Origin: an uncultured Candidatus Binatia bacterium
GTDB taxonomy: Bacteria > Desulfobacterota > Binatia > UBA9968 > CAXXLF01
NCBI GenBank assembly: GCA_965218425.1
Contig: OZ244621.1
Coordinates: 832,001 to 896,000 of the forward strand
Length of the DNA: 64,000 bases
Reading direction: 5' to 3'
The notes under the pieces were generated by a model. It was not told the DNA's origin. It did no database searches and saw nothing but the letters and a program-made list of their open reading frames with translations. Made by a program: the position numbers and the translations under genes. Shown here piece by piece: positions 41,816 through 51,633 of this stretch (positions are counted from its first letter, which is position 1; each line of letters opens with the position of its first letter).

Positions 41816-43330
41816 GTGATGCACGACACCCTACACGATCATGATCACGGCGACGGGCTGCCCCAGCAGGAAGAAGAACACCCTCTCTGGAAACTAGACA
41901 CCATCACTCTCACCAGTGTCGGTATCGACATCGGCACCGCCACCTCGCAGATAATCTTCTCACGCCTGGTGCTGCGCAGGCTGGGTCGGGAGTTGTCCAG
42001 CCGTTTCGTGGTAGCGGAGCGTAAAACTCTTTACCTATCGCCCGTTCAATTCACGCCGTATACCGCCGGACGGGAGCGGATTGACGACAATGCCCTTAGG
42101 CTCCTGGTGGACACCGCATACCGGGACGCAGGGCTCAGCCCACAGGATGTGGACACCGGAGCGATCATTTTGACCGGCGAAGCGATTCGGCGCGACAACG
42201 CTCGCGCCATTGCAGACCTATTTGCGGCTCAGCAGGGGAATTTCGTCTGCGCCACCGCTGGACACAATTTCGAAGCGCTGCTGGCTGCCCATGGTTCCGG
42301 GGCGGTTGCCTACTCATCTGAGCAGCAATGCAGAGTACTCAATGTGGACATTGGCGGTGGCACCACCAAGCTGGCCATGGCTGAAAGGGGCCGCGTCCAG
42401 AGCACAGCCGCCTTTCACATAGGCAGCCGGTTACTGGCAACTGATGACGCTGGCGCCATTGCCATATTGGAGCCCGGGGGACATGCCCTGGCGCGTCAAA
42501 TCGGTTTTCAATGGCAGGTTGGGGACAGGGTCCCACTAGATCAGATTGACCGCTTAGCTGACCACATGGCCCAGGCGATCCTCACTCTCTCGCGGGAACA
42601 GAAACCCTCATCCGAACTCGAACAATTGTGGTTGACTTCACCCCTTCGGGGTTCAAAGAGCTGCGATGCAGTCATATTTTCTGGCGGAGTTGGCGAGTAC
42701 ATTTACGGAAAAGAGTCCAATTCCTTCGGTGACCTCGGCGCACACCTGGGTCAAGCCCTCCGACGTCACACCAGCAAGTCTCCGCATGCCTGGCCATTGG
42801 CCCCGGCACATGAGTGCATCCGAGCCACCGTCATGGGAGCCTCCCAATACACCGTGCAGGTAAGCGGAAATACCATCTACCGCTCCAACGAAAATCTCTT
42901 ACCCCGAAAAAACTTGCAGGTGCTACGTCCCCCGGTGGACCTGAGTCACGACATCGACGTGTCCACGGTGGCGCGTGGAATTCAGGGACATTTCCAGGCT
43001 TTTGATCTGCAGGAGGGGGTAACCGACGTCGTTCTGGTCTTCCAATGGGAGGGGGCACCTGCAGCCATCCGCATTGATGCTTTTTGTCGTGGCCTGCTGG
43101 AAGGCCTATCGGGAACATTAAAGAGTGGTGGACCCATCTATCTGGTTTTCGATCACGATCTGGCGGGGTTGGTAGGAAACATCCTAAAGGAGGAATTCGG
43201 ACTCATAAACGACATCCTCTCCATTGATGGAATCACCCTAAGGGACTTCGACTTCATCGATCTGGGCAAGATGCTAGAACCTTCGGGAACGGTGCCCGTT
43301 ACCATCAAGTCCCTGGTGTTTCAAATGTAA
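41816..43330 (+). CDS. EutA-family (ASKHA ATPase) reactivating-factor-like protein
   Basis: SVGIDIGTATSQ, GAIILTGEA, NVDIGGGTT, FSGGV, IRATVMGASQ, VPVTIKSLVF; His-rich N-terminus. Confidence 0.9.
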   Translation: MMHDTLHDHDHGDGLPQQEEEHPLWKLDTITLTSVGIDIGTATSQIIFSRLVLRRLGRELSSRFVVAERKTLYLSPVQFTPYTAGRERIDDNALRLLVDTAYRDAGLSPQDVDTGAIILTGEAIRRDNARAIADLFAAQQGNFVCATAGHNFEALLAAHGSGAVAYSSEQQCRVLNVDIGGGTTKLAMAERGRVQSTAAFHIGSRLLATDDAGAIAILEPGGHALARQIGFQWQVGDRVPLDQIDRLADHMAQAILTLSREQKPSSELEQLWLTSPLRGSKSCDAVIFSGGVGEYIYGKESNSFGDLGAHLGQALRRHTSKSPHAWPLAPAHECIRATVMGASQYTVQVSGNTIYRSNENLLPRKNLQVLRPPVDLSHDIDVSTVARGIQGHFQAFDLQEGVTDVVLVFQWEGAPAAIRIDAFCRGLLEGLSGTLKSGGPIYLVFDHDLAGLVGNILKEEFGLINDILSIDGITLRDFDFIDLGKMLEPSGTVPVTIKSLVFQM

Positions 43331-43432
43331 CTTCAATCATGAACTGGAAAGTCCCCGGCCATTTATTGAACCCGAACATCAACCTGAGTATGCTAACGCC
43401 CTGAAATAAAGTATCTGAGCAGGAGGCGCACT

Positions 43433-44137
43433 ATGATCCAAGCGAAAATGGAAGAAGTTCGGTTTCCTGGCGGTGGCGGAGAGATCCAAGCATGGATCGC
43501 TCGACCAACGGAGGCAGGCCGTTATCCAGCCATCGCATTGCTGCATGGCCGCAATGGGCCCAACGACAGCTTCCGTAACGTCGCCACCCGTTTCGCAGAG
43601 GAGGGCATCGTCGGCCTTGCTGTCAACTACATGACCCTCAAGGAGGAGCCTCCCTTAGAGGAAATGAACCGAAGCACCGAAGGCGCCCTCAGCTTTCTCA
43701 AATCCCAGACCCAGGTGGACACCGGGCGCATCGCCGTGGGCGGTTACTGTAAGGGCGGTGGGCTTACCTATCAAGCATTGGCCAAAATTTCCGGTTTCTC
43801 TGCGGGGGCAATTTGGCACGGGGGTTTATCGACAGACAACATGGAGGCGGCCTTGAAGGCCCAGGCATCTATGCTCATCATTCACGGGGCCTCGGACACG
43901 TCCGTGCCCATCGACAAAGTGTACGATCTGACCAAGCAGCTCAACCAGCAAGGCAAGCGATTCGAATTGAAGGTCTACCACGGTTGTGACCACGCATTTA
44001 CCTTGCCAGGTGGTGCTCGCTACGTTGCAGAGGCAGCGGACGATGCCTTTCGGGAGGCCGTCCTGTTTTTACGGCGAACCTACGCAATACCCGTGGGAAC
44101 GGTCCATCCGCTGGTGCCCACATCCTTAGCGGCTTAG
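43433..44137 (+). CDS. Dienelactone hydrolase family protein
   Basis: GYCKGG (GxCxG), HGASD, YHGCDHAF; AGGAGG RBS. Confidence 0.9.
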   Translation: MIQAKMEEVRFPGGGGEIQAWIARPTEAGRYPAIALLHGRNGPNDSFRNVATRFAEEGIVGLAVNYMTLKEEPPLEEMNRSTEGALSFLKSQTQVDTGRIAVGGYCKGGGLTYQALAKISGFSAGAIWHGGLSTDNMEAALKAQASMLIIHGASDTSVPIDKVYDLTKQLNQQGKRFELKVYHGCDHAFTLPGGARYVAEAADDAFREAVLFLRRTYAIPVGTVHPLVPTSLAA

Positions 44138-44249
44138 CCGTAGGCGAAGTAGAAAGAGCGCTCGTCGCAGTCGCATCGGAGGTGAAATGCCACCACCATA
44201 CGCTTCACGCCACACGTTTGAGCATGACGTGGTTAATCCCCCATGAGAA

Positions 44250-44594
44250 GTGACTGACTTCAAAAAATACAGGACGTCGACGGTGGCGCCACCTCATTTA
44301 ACCCCTTTAAACCAATACCGCCGTGACGGGCACACGATCCTTAGGAACGTTTTTAACCCCGAAGAGATCGCTTCCCTACGGCAAGAGTGTGGGGACAAGG
44401 GGCAAGTGGCCTATATCGGCCCACGTGACCTTAACGAGCCTCCTGATTTCCGAGAAGCTGTGGATCACTTGCCTCAGTTTCTAGGTTCACGCATTGTTTT
44501 GTTTGGCGATTCGAGCTGTAGAAGTGACGACAGAGTGGCGGGCTGGTCTTCACGTCATTTCCACGTGGATGCGCGGGGCGATGACTTTAATTAG
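44250..44594 (+). pseudogene. Phytanoyl-CoA dioxygenase (PhyH)-like gene truncated by an IS end
   Basis: YRRDGHTILRNVFNPEEI and FHVD (HxD); stop codon falls inside the IS terminal repeat. Confidence 0.65.
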
Positions 44595-45579
44595 TTCTCA
44601 CTAAAAAACTACCGTTGGTAGATGACTCTATGGCCCTGGCAATCACACCCGACTTTCATTTGTGAAAAGGTGCGGTCCTTACCACCATCTTTTACCTCTG
44701 CTGCCACAGATTGTATGCAAAAATGGCCCATCCCGTCCAGATCGCCGTGCCTGGAGCTCCCCTAGCCGGTACTCGACCTAGAGAAAACTTGCCTTTGAGC
44801 ATACCGATCCCCGCTTCTATCCCGCAGCCGACCCCTTGCATCGCCCTAAACCACTGTTTCCCCTCATGGCGGCTTTCCCTCATACTCAAGCCACCAACCT
44901 CCGGGATACCTACCCTCGCTATACCGGCCTTGCCCAACTTCCCGACGTTATCGGCGCCTTAGTATCCTCGGTCCGCTGCCACCTCCTTAGGCTTGACCCC
45001 CAGACGCTTTTCACTCTGGCTCACCACACAAAGCAGTTGAGTGCTGTCGTTGGGATAACTGATGTGAGCTTGCAGCGTGGCCGAGTCGATGCGAATGCGC
45101 CGGGCCTTGATCGATCGGCTCTTAACCAACGATCCGACCAGCTCCTGATTGAGCTTGGCCACCCGCTGTCGGCCAAATCCGTGGTTGAGCTTGATCAAGG
45201 TGGTGGCCTCCGCTACGGCATCCATGAGCGACCAATGGCAGAAATAACGCCACGGAACTCTCTCTCACTCACTTCCCTCTCAACCTCTTCGTAGCTCAAA
45301 CCCCAGCGAAACTTCAGATACATCATTCGAAGGTAAATCCCTACAGGAGTGCCACGACGACCCGGCTCTCATGGAAAACCTCCTCGAAAGGCTTAAGCAA
45401 TCGGGGATTATTCAAAAGCTTCTCAGCCTTGTTAACCTCCTCATCCAGTGCATAAAGAGAGGGGTGGATAAAGCCGTCGCCAGAACTGAACTGCTGAGAT
45501 ATGGGTGTACGCATGGTCTTATTTGTACCACGAGTCGCTAGAGATGACCCAGAAAAAATGACTTTTTCAGTGAGAACTA
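44592..45579 (-). mobile_element. Degenerate IS5/ISNCY-like insertion sequence with a broken transposase
   Basis: 19-bp terminal IRs TAGTTCTCACTAAAAAACT / TAGTTCTCACTGAAAAAGT (17/19); transposase pieces YLRMMYLK, RIDSAT, AADRGY, GIEAGIG, AYNL between 45514 and 44692. Confidence 0.85.
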
Positions 45580-45916
45580 GCTAGACGAGGACTCCAACTA
45601 GTGTGGTCGTTGTGCGGATGCCAGATAGACAAGATGCGATAGGAATCATTGGATTTCCCGCCGTCTAAGAGCTTTTCCTCTATATACACCAAAACAACGT
45701 AGCCAAAGATCCTACTCTTCGGGCCATTCCAATTCAACAGGGGGACGAAAGCCGCATAGCTCCCTCAACCGCAGATTCACGCCCAATATCGCAGATTAAT
45801 GGCGGCATCATATGAGAATTCGGCGCCTTCATGTCGGCTGCCGGATTGATAGTCCAGGCATATCTCATTGTTCCGATTGCGTGAGAACATAAATACAGGC
45901 GCAAGTCCCGTCGTTC

Positions 45917-47040
45917 TCAGCACACCGCCCACCAGGGCGCGGCGAGCACGCGCTTGGTGAGCGGGAAGGTCTTCGTGCCCGCGTAAAGCAGCAACCCGCC
46001 GTCAGAGGCATCGGCGTATTCGTCGAGGAATACTTCCAGCCCCTTACCGTCGGCCGGCACCACCCGTGCCGAGGCCTTCACTTCGATGGGCAATAGTCGC
46101 TTTGGGGTCTCGATCATAAAATCTACTTCCTGCCCGACAGCGGTACGCCAATAGAGGATCTCCGGGCGGCGCGCCTGCACGTCGCGCCAGGCGAACAGAT
46201 CTGTAAGCACCAGGTTCTCAAGATGGGGCCCACGCGGACCGGTCTCGCCCGCGAGATGGAGGGCAAGCCCGGTATCGCCCCAGTAGAGTGTGGGCGCCTT
46301 GATGAGGCGACGCGTGCGGTTTACCGAGTAGGCAGGGAGCCGGATCGCCTGGTAGCTCGCCTCCATGAGGTTCATGAAGCGGTGCACCTGAGGCTGGGCA
46401 ACACCCACGTCTCTCCCGAGCTCGGTCTGATTGAGGAGGCCACCGATGCGCAGGCAGGCCGCCCGCATCAGGCGCCGGAAGTCGGCGAGATTTTCCACCG
46501 CGCGCAGGACTTGCAGGTCCCGCTCGAGATAGGTCTGCACGTAGCCCGAGAACCAGAGCGAGCGCGACCCGAGGAGCTCGCTCCAGGCGCCAGCGCACCC
46601 CAGTCCTAAGCGTTCGCGGCGTGTGAAAGGCCGGAGTGTGACATATACCGCACGCCCGGCGAGCGTCTCGCCGATGCGCTCCATCATTAGTAGGTTTGCC
46701 GACCCGGTGAGCACGAAACGGCCCGGCTTGCGCGAACGGTCCTGTCCACGGCGCGCTTGACAGCAATAAGGAGACCCCGTGAGCGCTGTACTTCGTCGAG
46801 TACGAGGGCCGCCGCGCAGGCAACCACCGTCTCGGGATCAGCTTCAGCCTACATACGCAGGTCGAAGTCATCGAACGTGAGGTAAGGGCGGTCAAGAAGC
46901 AGGGGAAGCGAGCGAACCAGCGTGGTCTTGCCGGTTTGCCGGGCGCCCATCAGGACAACTACCGGCGCAACGCATAATGCGCGCTCCACGGCCGCGCCGG
47001 CGGCGCGGGGCAGTATGGCTGTGGATGTCCTAATTTCCAT
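45917..47040 (-). pseudogene. AAA+ ATPase with DUF4143 domain, disrupted
   Basis: GARQTGKT, in-frame stop, LDEVQ, frameshift, LTGSA, ETLAGR, YVQTYLERD, EVDF, IEVK; middle segment missing. Confidence 0.85.
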
Positions 47041-47497
47041 ATAAGTATGATAATCATACTTTTGCAGAATATCCAAGCGTTGTATCGACATGATCTCATG
47101 CACGGGAAGTAATTCCGCAAACGTAAAATTGACGATTGTTATACCGTGGCGGGAGTATGATGAGGGTCCAGGATTGTAGCATCACGCCTGCGGAACAAGA
47201 ATCATAGCACACGGCGCAAAGGGCAAAGCGCCAATAGCTATCAGCCATCATCTTTCAGCTCTCAGCTAGTTTCGACAACAAACTCAAGACACCAACCGCA
47301 GGTTCACGTAGACTAATGTAGACGATTATTTGTTCGCCGCAGCGGCGCAAAGCGACCGGAACACATAAATCGCATAGAGCATAACGCAACGCGCTCAGGA
47401 CTGAGTGTTGAGGACGAATATTGAGCCTGGGGTCGCATATGTAAATAAACCCCGGAATATTGCATCGGGAGGCTGAAACCACCATAATGTGCCCTAT

Positions 47498-48277
47498 ATG
47501 GAACTCGTTTGGCTCAAGGTCCCGCAATGGGAACAGAGAGAAGGATTCATTCATGGCTTTTTCGGCCGTAAGGGAGGTAAAAGCCTCGGGATCTATGCCA
47601 GTTTGAATCTCTCCGTGCGCGTCGGCGACGACATTCAGACCGTCAAGGACAACCTCTGTGATCTCAAGAAGGCGGTGGGACTTCATGACGAGAGGGTTGT
47701 GACCATGACCCAGATGCACAAAGACCATATCACTGAAGTTACGGATAAACGCACCAAAGACGCCGGCGCGGCGGATGGCATGATTACCGAACAAAAGGAA
47801 GTTTTTCTCGGGGTGCTCACGGCTGACTGCGTCCCCATCCTCATCTCCGTTCCCTCCCGCAGGTTAACTGCGGTGGTCCATGCAGGATGGCGCGGCACCT
47901 TAGCAGGCATCACACCCAAAATGGTTAATTACCTTCGGGAGCGATTCCAAGTGGCACCAGAGTCTGTGGAAGTGGCCCTGGGGCCGGCCATCGGTCCATG
48001 TTGTTACGAGGTTCAAGGCGATGTCACCGAACCCCTACTGGCAAAATGGAAGGGGCTGGCGGAGGCATCCCTCCATAAAAAGAGCGGCAGCTACTTTGCC
48101 GACTTGAAAAGCCTTAACGCCCTGCAATTCAAAGAGGCAGGGATACCACCGGACCAAGTATTTTCCATCGGCCCTTGCACCGCCTGCACCCCTGACGAAT
48201 TCTTTTCCTACCGCCGTGATGGCTATGGAGTCAAAGAAGACACTGGCCGCCAGCTCGGCTTTGCCGGTTGGCTTTGA
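47498..48277 (+). CDS. pgeF: YfiH/PgeF family purine nucleoside phosphorylase
   Basis: SLNL, QMH, TADCVP, HAGWRG, GPAIGPCCYEV, FFSYRR. Confidence 0.93.
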   Translation: MELVWLKVPQWEQREGFIHGFFGRKGGKSLGIYASLNLSVRVGDDIQTVKDNLCDLKKAVGLHDERVVTMTQMHKDHITEVTDKRTKDAGAADGMITEQKEVFLGVLTADCVPILISVPSRRLTAVVHAGWRGTLAGITPKMVNYLRERFQVAPESVEVALGPAIGPCCYEVQGDVTEPLLAKWKGLAEASLHKKSGSYFADLKSLNALQFKEAGIPPDQVFSIGPCTACTPDEFFSYRRDGYGVKEDTGRQLGFAGWL

Positions 48278-48580
48278 CATCAAGCGTCGTGTCTGGGATG
48301 GTAGATGTTGTGATCAGTCACTTGATACATCGTCTTGCAGCTTGCTTAAGAGGGCATCACCAATCAGCCCGGAGCTGGAGGGCGCGACGAGGTGAGGCCA
48401 TGAGGGAGTCCGTCGAAGCAGATGCCGCAACGGGTTTCCAGGACAAACCAAGGTATAAGGGGGATTGGCTGAAATTAGAGGCGAAATGGATGGGGGGAGA
48501 AGGGGATTGCAGGGACGTAACCTAAGCGGAGCGACCTGCGCCTCATACTATTAGCGTATCCACCTAAAGATCCAGTCTCT

Positions 48581-49432
48581 TCACTCCAGATCTTCCGTCA
48601 GGTCCCTGAGCACGATAATCTCCGGCCCTGCCTTGAGGGTTTCTTTGGATAGTCGGACTCCGTTTCCCTCCATGTTTCGCACCCGTGAAAAGTTCTGCGC
48701 GAATTGCTCTGCGTACCCCTCCCAACGGTAGTGATAAGGAATAACGATTTTGGGTTTCACCGAAGCGACGATCTTTAGCGCATCCTCGGTGGAAATCCGA
48801 TAACCTCCCTGTCCGAGGGGAACTAGAAGAACATCGATTTTACCCATCATTTTGACCTGCGTCTCGTTGAGCAAGTGACCCAAATCCCCAAGATGAGCAA
48901 CGAAAACTCCATCCATGGAGACCACAAAGACGGTATTCTTCCCTCGAAGCATGCCCATCTCGCTGTCATGGTAAGTGGGCAGCGTGAAAAATGAGACGTC
49001 GCGGATGGTCTTGTGCAAGCGGGTCCAGTTCCCATTTTCCATGCTGAGTCCGTGAAGTACGATGGGGTTCCCGCTTGCCATCCAGATAAAGCTGTGGTTT
49101 CCGCCGAAATGGCTCGTGGTCACCACGTGGGGCGAGATATCCATTGGCGGGCTTCCCCTGCCATGGGGATCCATCAGGACCTTCGTCCCGCGCGATGAGG
49201 TAAGATAAAATGCCGAATGACCCAACCACTGGATGGTCAAATTCCGCGGGCCAGATGCTGCCGGGACAACTCGAAAAGGCCAATGGCCAGCCACTTCTGA
49301 CTCGTGGCAAAAGGCACGGGCTAGCTGCGGCAGGAAAAGAACAAGAGCCGCAACAAAAAATAGACGGAAAACCCCTTTGCCCAGATAATGGGGTAAACTC
49401 TGTTTGCGATTTATGAACACGGCAACTCTCAA
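48581..49432 (-). CDS. Metallo-beta-lactamase-fold hydrolase, probably exported
   Basis: WLGHSAF, DP, TSHFGGNH, HLGDLGH, PYHY; signal-like N-terminus; start uncertain. Confidence 0.85.
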   Translation of the reverse strand: MRVAVFINRKQSLPHYLGKGVFRLFFVAALVLFLPQLARAFCHESEVAGHWPFRVVPAASGPRNLTIQWLGHSAFYLTSSRGTKVLMDPHGRGSPPMDISPHVVTTSHFGGNHSFIWMASGNPIVLHGLSMENGNWTRLHKTIRDVSFFTLPTYHDSEMGMLRGKNTVFVVSMDGVFVAHLGDLGHLLNETQVKMMGKIDVLLVPLGQGGYRISTEDALKIVASVKPKIVIPYHYRWEGYAEQFAQNFSRVRNMEGNGVRLSKETLKAGPEIIVLRDLTEDLE

Positions 49433-49633
49433 CCATCGACCAAGGGCCGACAGTTCAACACTGAAAATAACTTCCAGATACTCATAGATATGATTGAGGA
49501 GACTATTTGATTTATTAAGGACAAATCAATTGCCCCAGGCTTCCCGCAACGACCATGCCGGTGCTTTGACCAGCTCTCCTTGGGGAGCGCGTCGAGCCAA
49601 GAAGGAGGGAGATCGCAAAGGAATCATAAAAAG

Positions 49634-49662
49634 TTGACATCCGAGGGCCTCTCCCGTAAACT
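49634..49662 (+). promoter_or_regulatory. Near-consensus sigma70 promoter
   Basis: TTGACA (49634-49639), 17 nt, TAAACT (49657-49662). Confidence 0.8.
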
Positions 49663-49693
49663 GGCCCCAGCAGAGAAAGGAGGTGGTCCAGCA

Positions 49694-49735
49694 ATGATAG
49701 ATAATTATTGTGACTGCGAGGTGCCTGAGACTTAG
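49694..49735 (+). CDS. 13-aa peptide MIDNYCDCEVPET (putative)
   Basis: ATG just downstream of a maximal Shine-Dalgarno sequence; TAG at 49733-49735; too short for the ORF track. Confidence 0.5.
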   Translation: MIDNYCDCEVPET

Positions 49736-49811
49736 GCTCCTAGCCAGTAATCCTAAGTAACCGCTTTTGGGGTTTGTGGCTTTGGAGCCGGGAATTCCAA
49801 TCAGCACACCG

Positions 49812-49850
49812 GGCCCTGGCCGAACATAAGTTTGGCCAGGGCCTTTTTTT
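49812..49850 (+). terminator. Rho-independent terminator
   Basis: ggccctggccgaac-ataa-gtttggccagggcc followed by T7. Confidence 0.92.
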
Positions 49851-49857
49851 GTCTATT

Positions 49858-50478
49858 CTATTTAGGCGAGACTTTTTTTGGGGGAATACCCAATCGTTCA
49901 AGTACAAATCCTGCAGCGTTGCGCACTCTTGAATCGGTATCGTCCGAATTGGTTCTCATCAAAACGCTTAACACGTCGCCACTTAATTGAGCATGTTTGC
50001 TCAAGGCTGTCACGGCCGCCACTCGCACCAGTGGATCTGTATCCCCAAGGCACCGAAGTTGTAAGGACGGATCTCCAACACCCAGATCGCGTAGACAGTA
50101 TACCGCCATCCTTCTCTGAACCGGGCTCTCAGAATTTAAGAGATTGCAGACGAGGGTGGGGATTCTCGGGTCATTGTTCCCCAGGCGGATGAGGAGTTGC
50201 AGAGTAGCCCACCGGATATCGGGGTCTTCGCTCCCAAGAGCCGCCGTGAGAACCTCCAGGCATGAGGAGGAAGGTTGTGTGAGCTGGCCAAGCGTATAGG
50301 CCACGGGCCAGCGTTTTTTCGACGAAACCTCCTGGAAGAGTTTGCTTAAAGACTCTCGAATTTCGGGCCTTTCATTTCCAAGGGCAACCAGAGAGTCTAC
50401 GGCCCTTCGAACCACAGCCCGATCCGAGTGAGCCAGGGACTCCATGAGGGAGGCAATATCTCTATCCGCTGGATTCAC
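49858..50478 (-). CDS. HEAT-repeat protein
   Basis: Repeated D.D..VR..A..AL units. Confidence 0.85.
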   Translation of the reverse strand: MNPADRDIASLMESLAHSDRAVVRRAVDSLVALGNERPEIRESLSKLFQEVSSKKRWPVAYTLGQLTQPSSSCLEVLTAALGSEDPDIRWATLQLLIRLGNNDPRIPTLVCNLLNSESPVQRRMAVYCLRDLGVGDPSLQLRCLGDTDPLVRVAAVTALSKHAQLSGDVLSVLMRTNSDDTDSRVRNAAGFVLERLGIPPKKVSPK

Positions 50479-50749
50479 AGACCCATGGCCTACGTTGGAA
50501 GGGGCAGGTGAACCATGAAGGTGGAGCCTTCCCCCTCTTCGCTCTCGGCCCTAACGGTCCCCTTGTGGGGCTCAGGATGGTCCTGACGATGAAAAGCTCC
50601 AGGCCGGTACCTTCGATCCGTTCCGATAAGCCGCCGGAACCGGGAGAACAGATGGGAAAAAGGATGAGAAACGAGGTGGCAATGGCGATCATCCACTGAA
50701 GGATAATCACCGCATACTGCTTACCTGCTATCAGACGTTCAATGGCCAT
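50462..50749 (-). pseudogene. Sensor histidine kinase remnant (N-terminal TM joined to the HATPase tail)
   Basis: TM segment, then EGTGLELFIVRTI and, after a frameshift, HKGTVRAESEEGEGSTFMVHLP. Confidence 0.75.
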
Positions 50750-50778
50750 CAGTCTAGCGGATATCCCAGTGTCTTACT

Positions 50779-51629
50779 CTAAATGAGATGGGACCGAGCG
50801 GTCACTTTATTCGCGGCACCACGCTTGTGGTTCCTAAGGTCTCTAAGGCGAGCCGGGTAATCCGTAACCACCCCGTCCACTCCAAGTTCAATCAACTGTT
50901 CCATCTCCTCGGTCTGGTTGATGGTCCAGGCATGAACTTCAATTCCAAATTCGTGCGCGGCCTTCACGGTCGCCTCCGTGATGAGCCTTAACCCCTCATA
51001 CTCCCGAGGCACCTGAAGGGCCTCGCCCGCTGGAGTAAAGCTGTCGGATTTTTGCTCCCAAACCCAGTTCAGAAACGCGGCCGCTTCTCCGTAGGAAAAA
51101 CCGGTGGCAATGGTGAGACGCTGTTCACGGATTTGACTACGAATCTCCGTCATTATTTTGTCCTTCTCCGTAGCCAAAAGGATTGCCTCCTCTTTGCGAA
51201 ACCGTTTAATGCTCGTAACCAAGCTTTCAATGAAGACGGGGCCGGCATCCTTGATCTCGATGGTGGCTTTGACCTTGGGAAAAGTGGTAAAAAATTCCTC
51301 CAGTGTAGGAATGGTTATTTTTTTTCTCTATAAGGATAAGTCTTTCCACCATCCGGTGTAAACCGATAACCGGCGTCTAATTTCTTCAATTCTTTTAGAC
51401 TCCACTGCTGGACTTCGCCTTGCCCGTTTGTGGTTCGCTCCAGAGTCGAGTCATGGAAAATCACAATTTCTCCGTTTTTGGTCTCCCGCACGTCAATCTC
51501 AATGAAGTCCGCGCCATCGGTGAGGGCCTTTTCGAAAGAAACAAGAGTATTTTCCGGTGCCATCCCGGCGGCCCCCCGGTGCCCGATAATCCTAAACTTA
51601 ACGGCATCAAAAAAAGGAGACTTCGCCAC
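50779..51629 (-). pseudogene. Glycerophosphodiester phosphodiesterase split by a 1-nt shift in an A8 run
   Basis: GHRGA, PENT, EIDV, HD in the first ORF; IPTLEE, IEIK, WTIN, GVDGVVTDYP in the second; break at 51318-51325. Confidence 0.85.
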
Positions 51630-51633
51630 TCGG

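Larger units (their letters stand above)
49669..49850 (+). ncRNA. Putative ~180-nt small RNA / small-ORF mRNA with an extended anti-16S tract
   Basis: Bounded by the promoter and an intrinsic terminator; AGAAAGGAGGTGGTCCAGC at 49674-49692; 13-codon ORF; hairpin 49735-49789. Confidence 0.65.

Noticed and set aside
41816..43330. Ethanolamine utilisation (eut) operon
   Set aside because: No eutB, eutC or microcompartment genes in the window.
49674..49692. Fragment of a 16S rRNA gene on the minus strand
   Set aside because: Similarity stops after 19 nt; no AAGTCGTAACAAGG or other rRNA sequence adjoins it, and the context is a plus-strand promoter-ORF-terminator unit.
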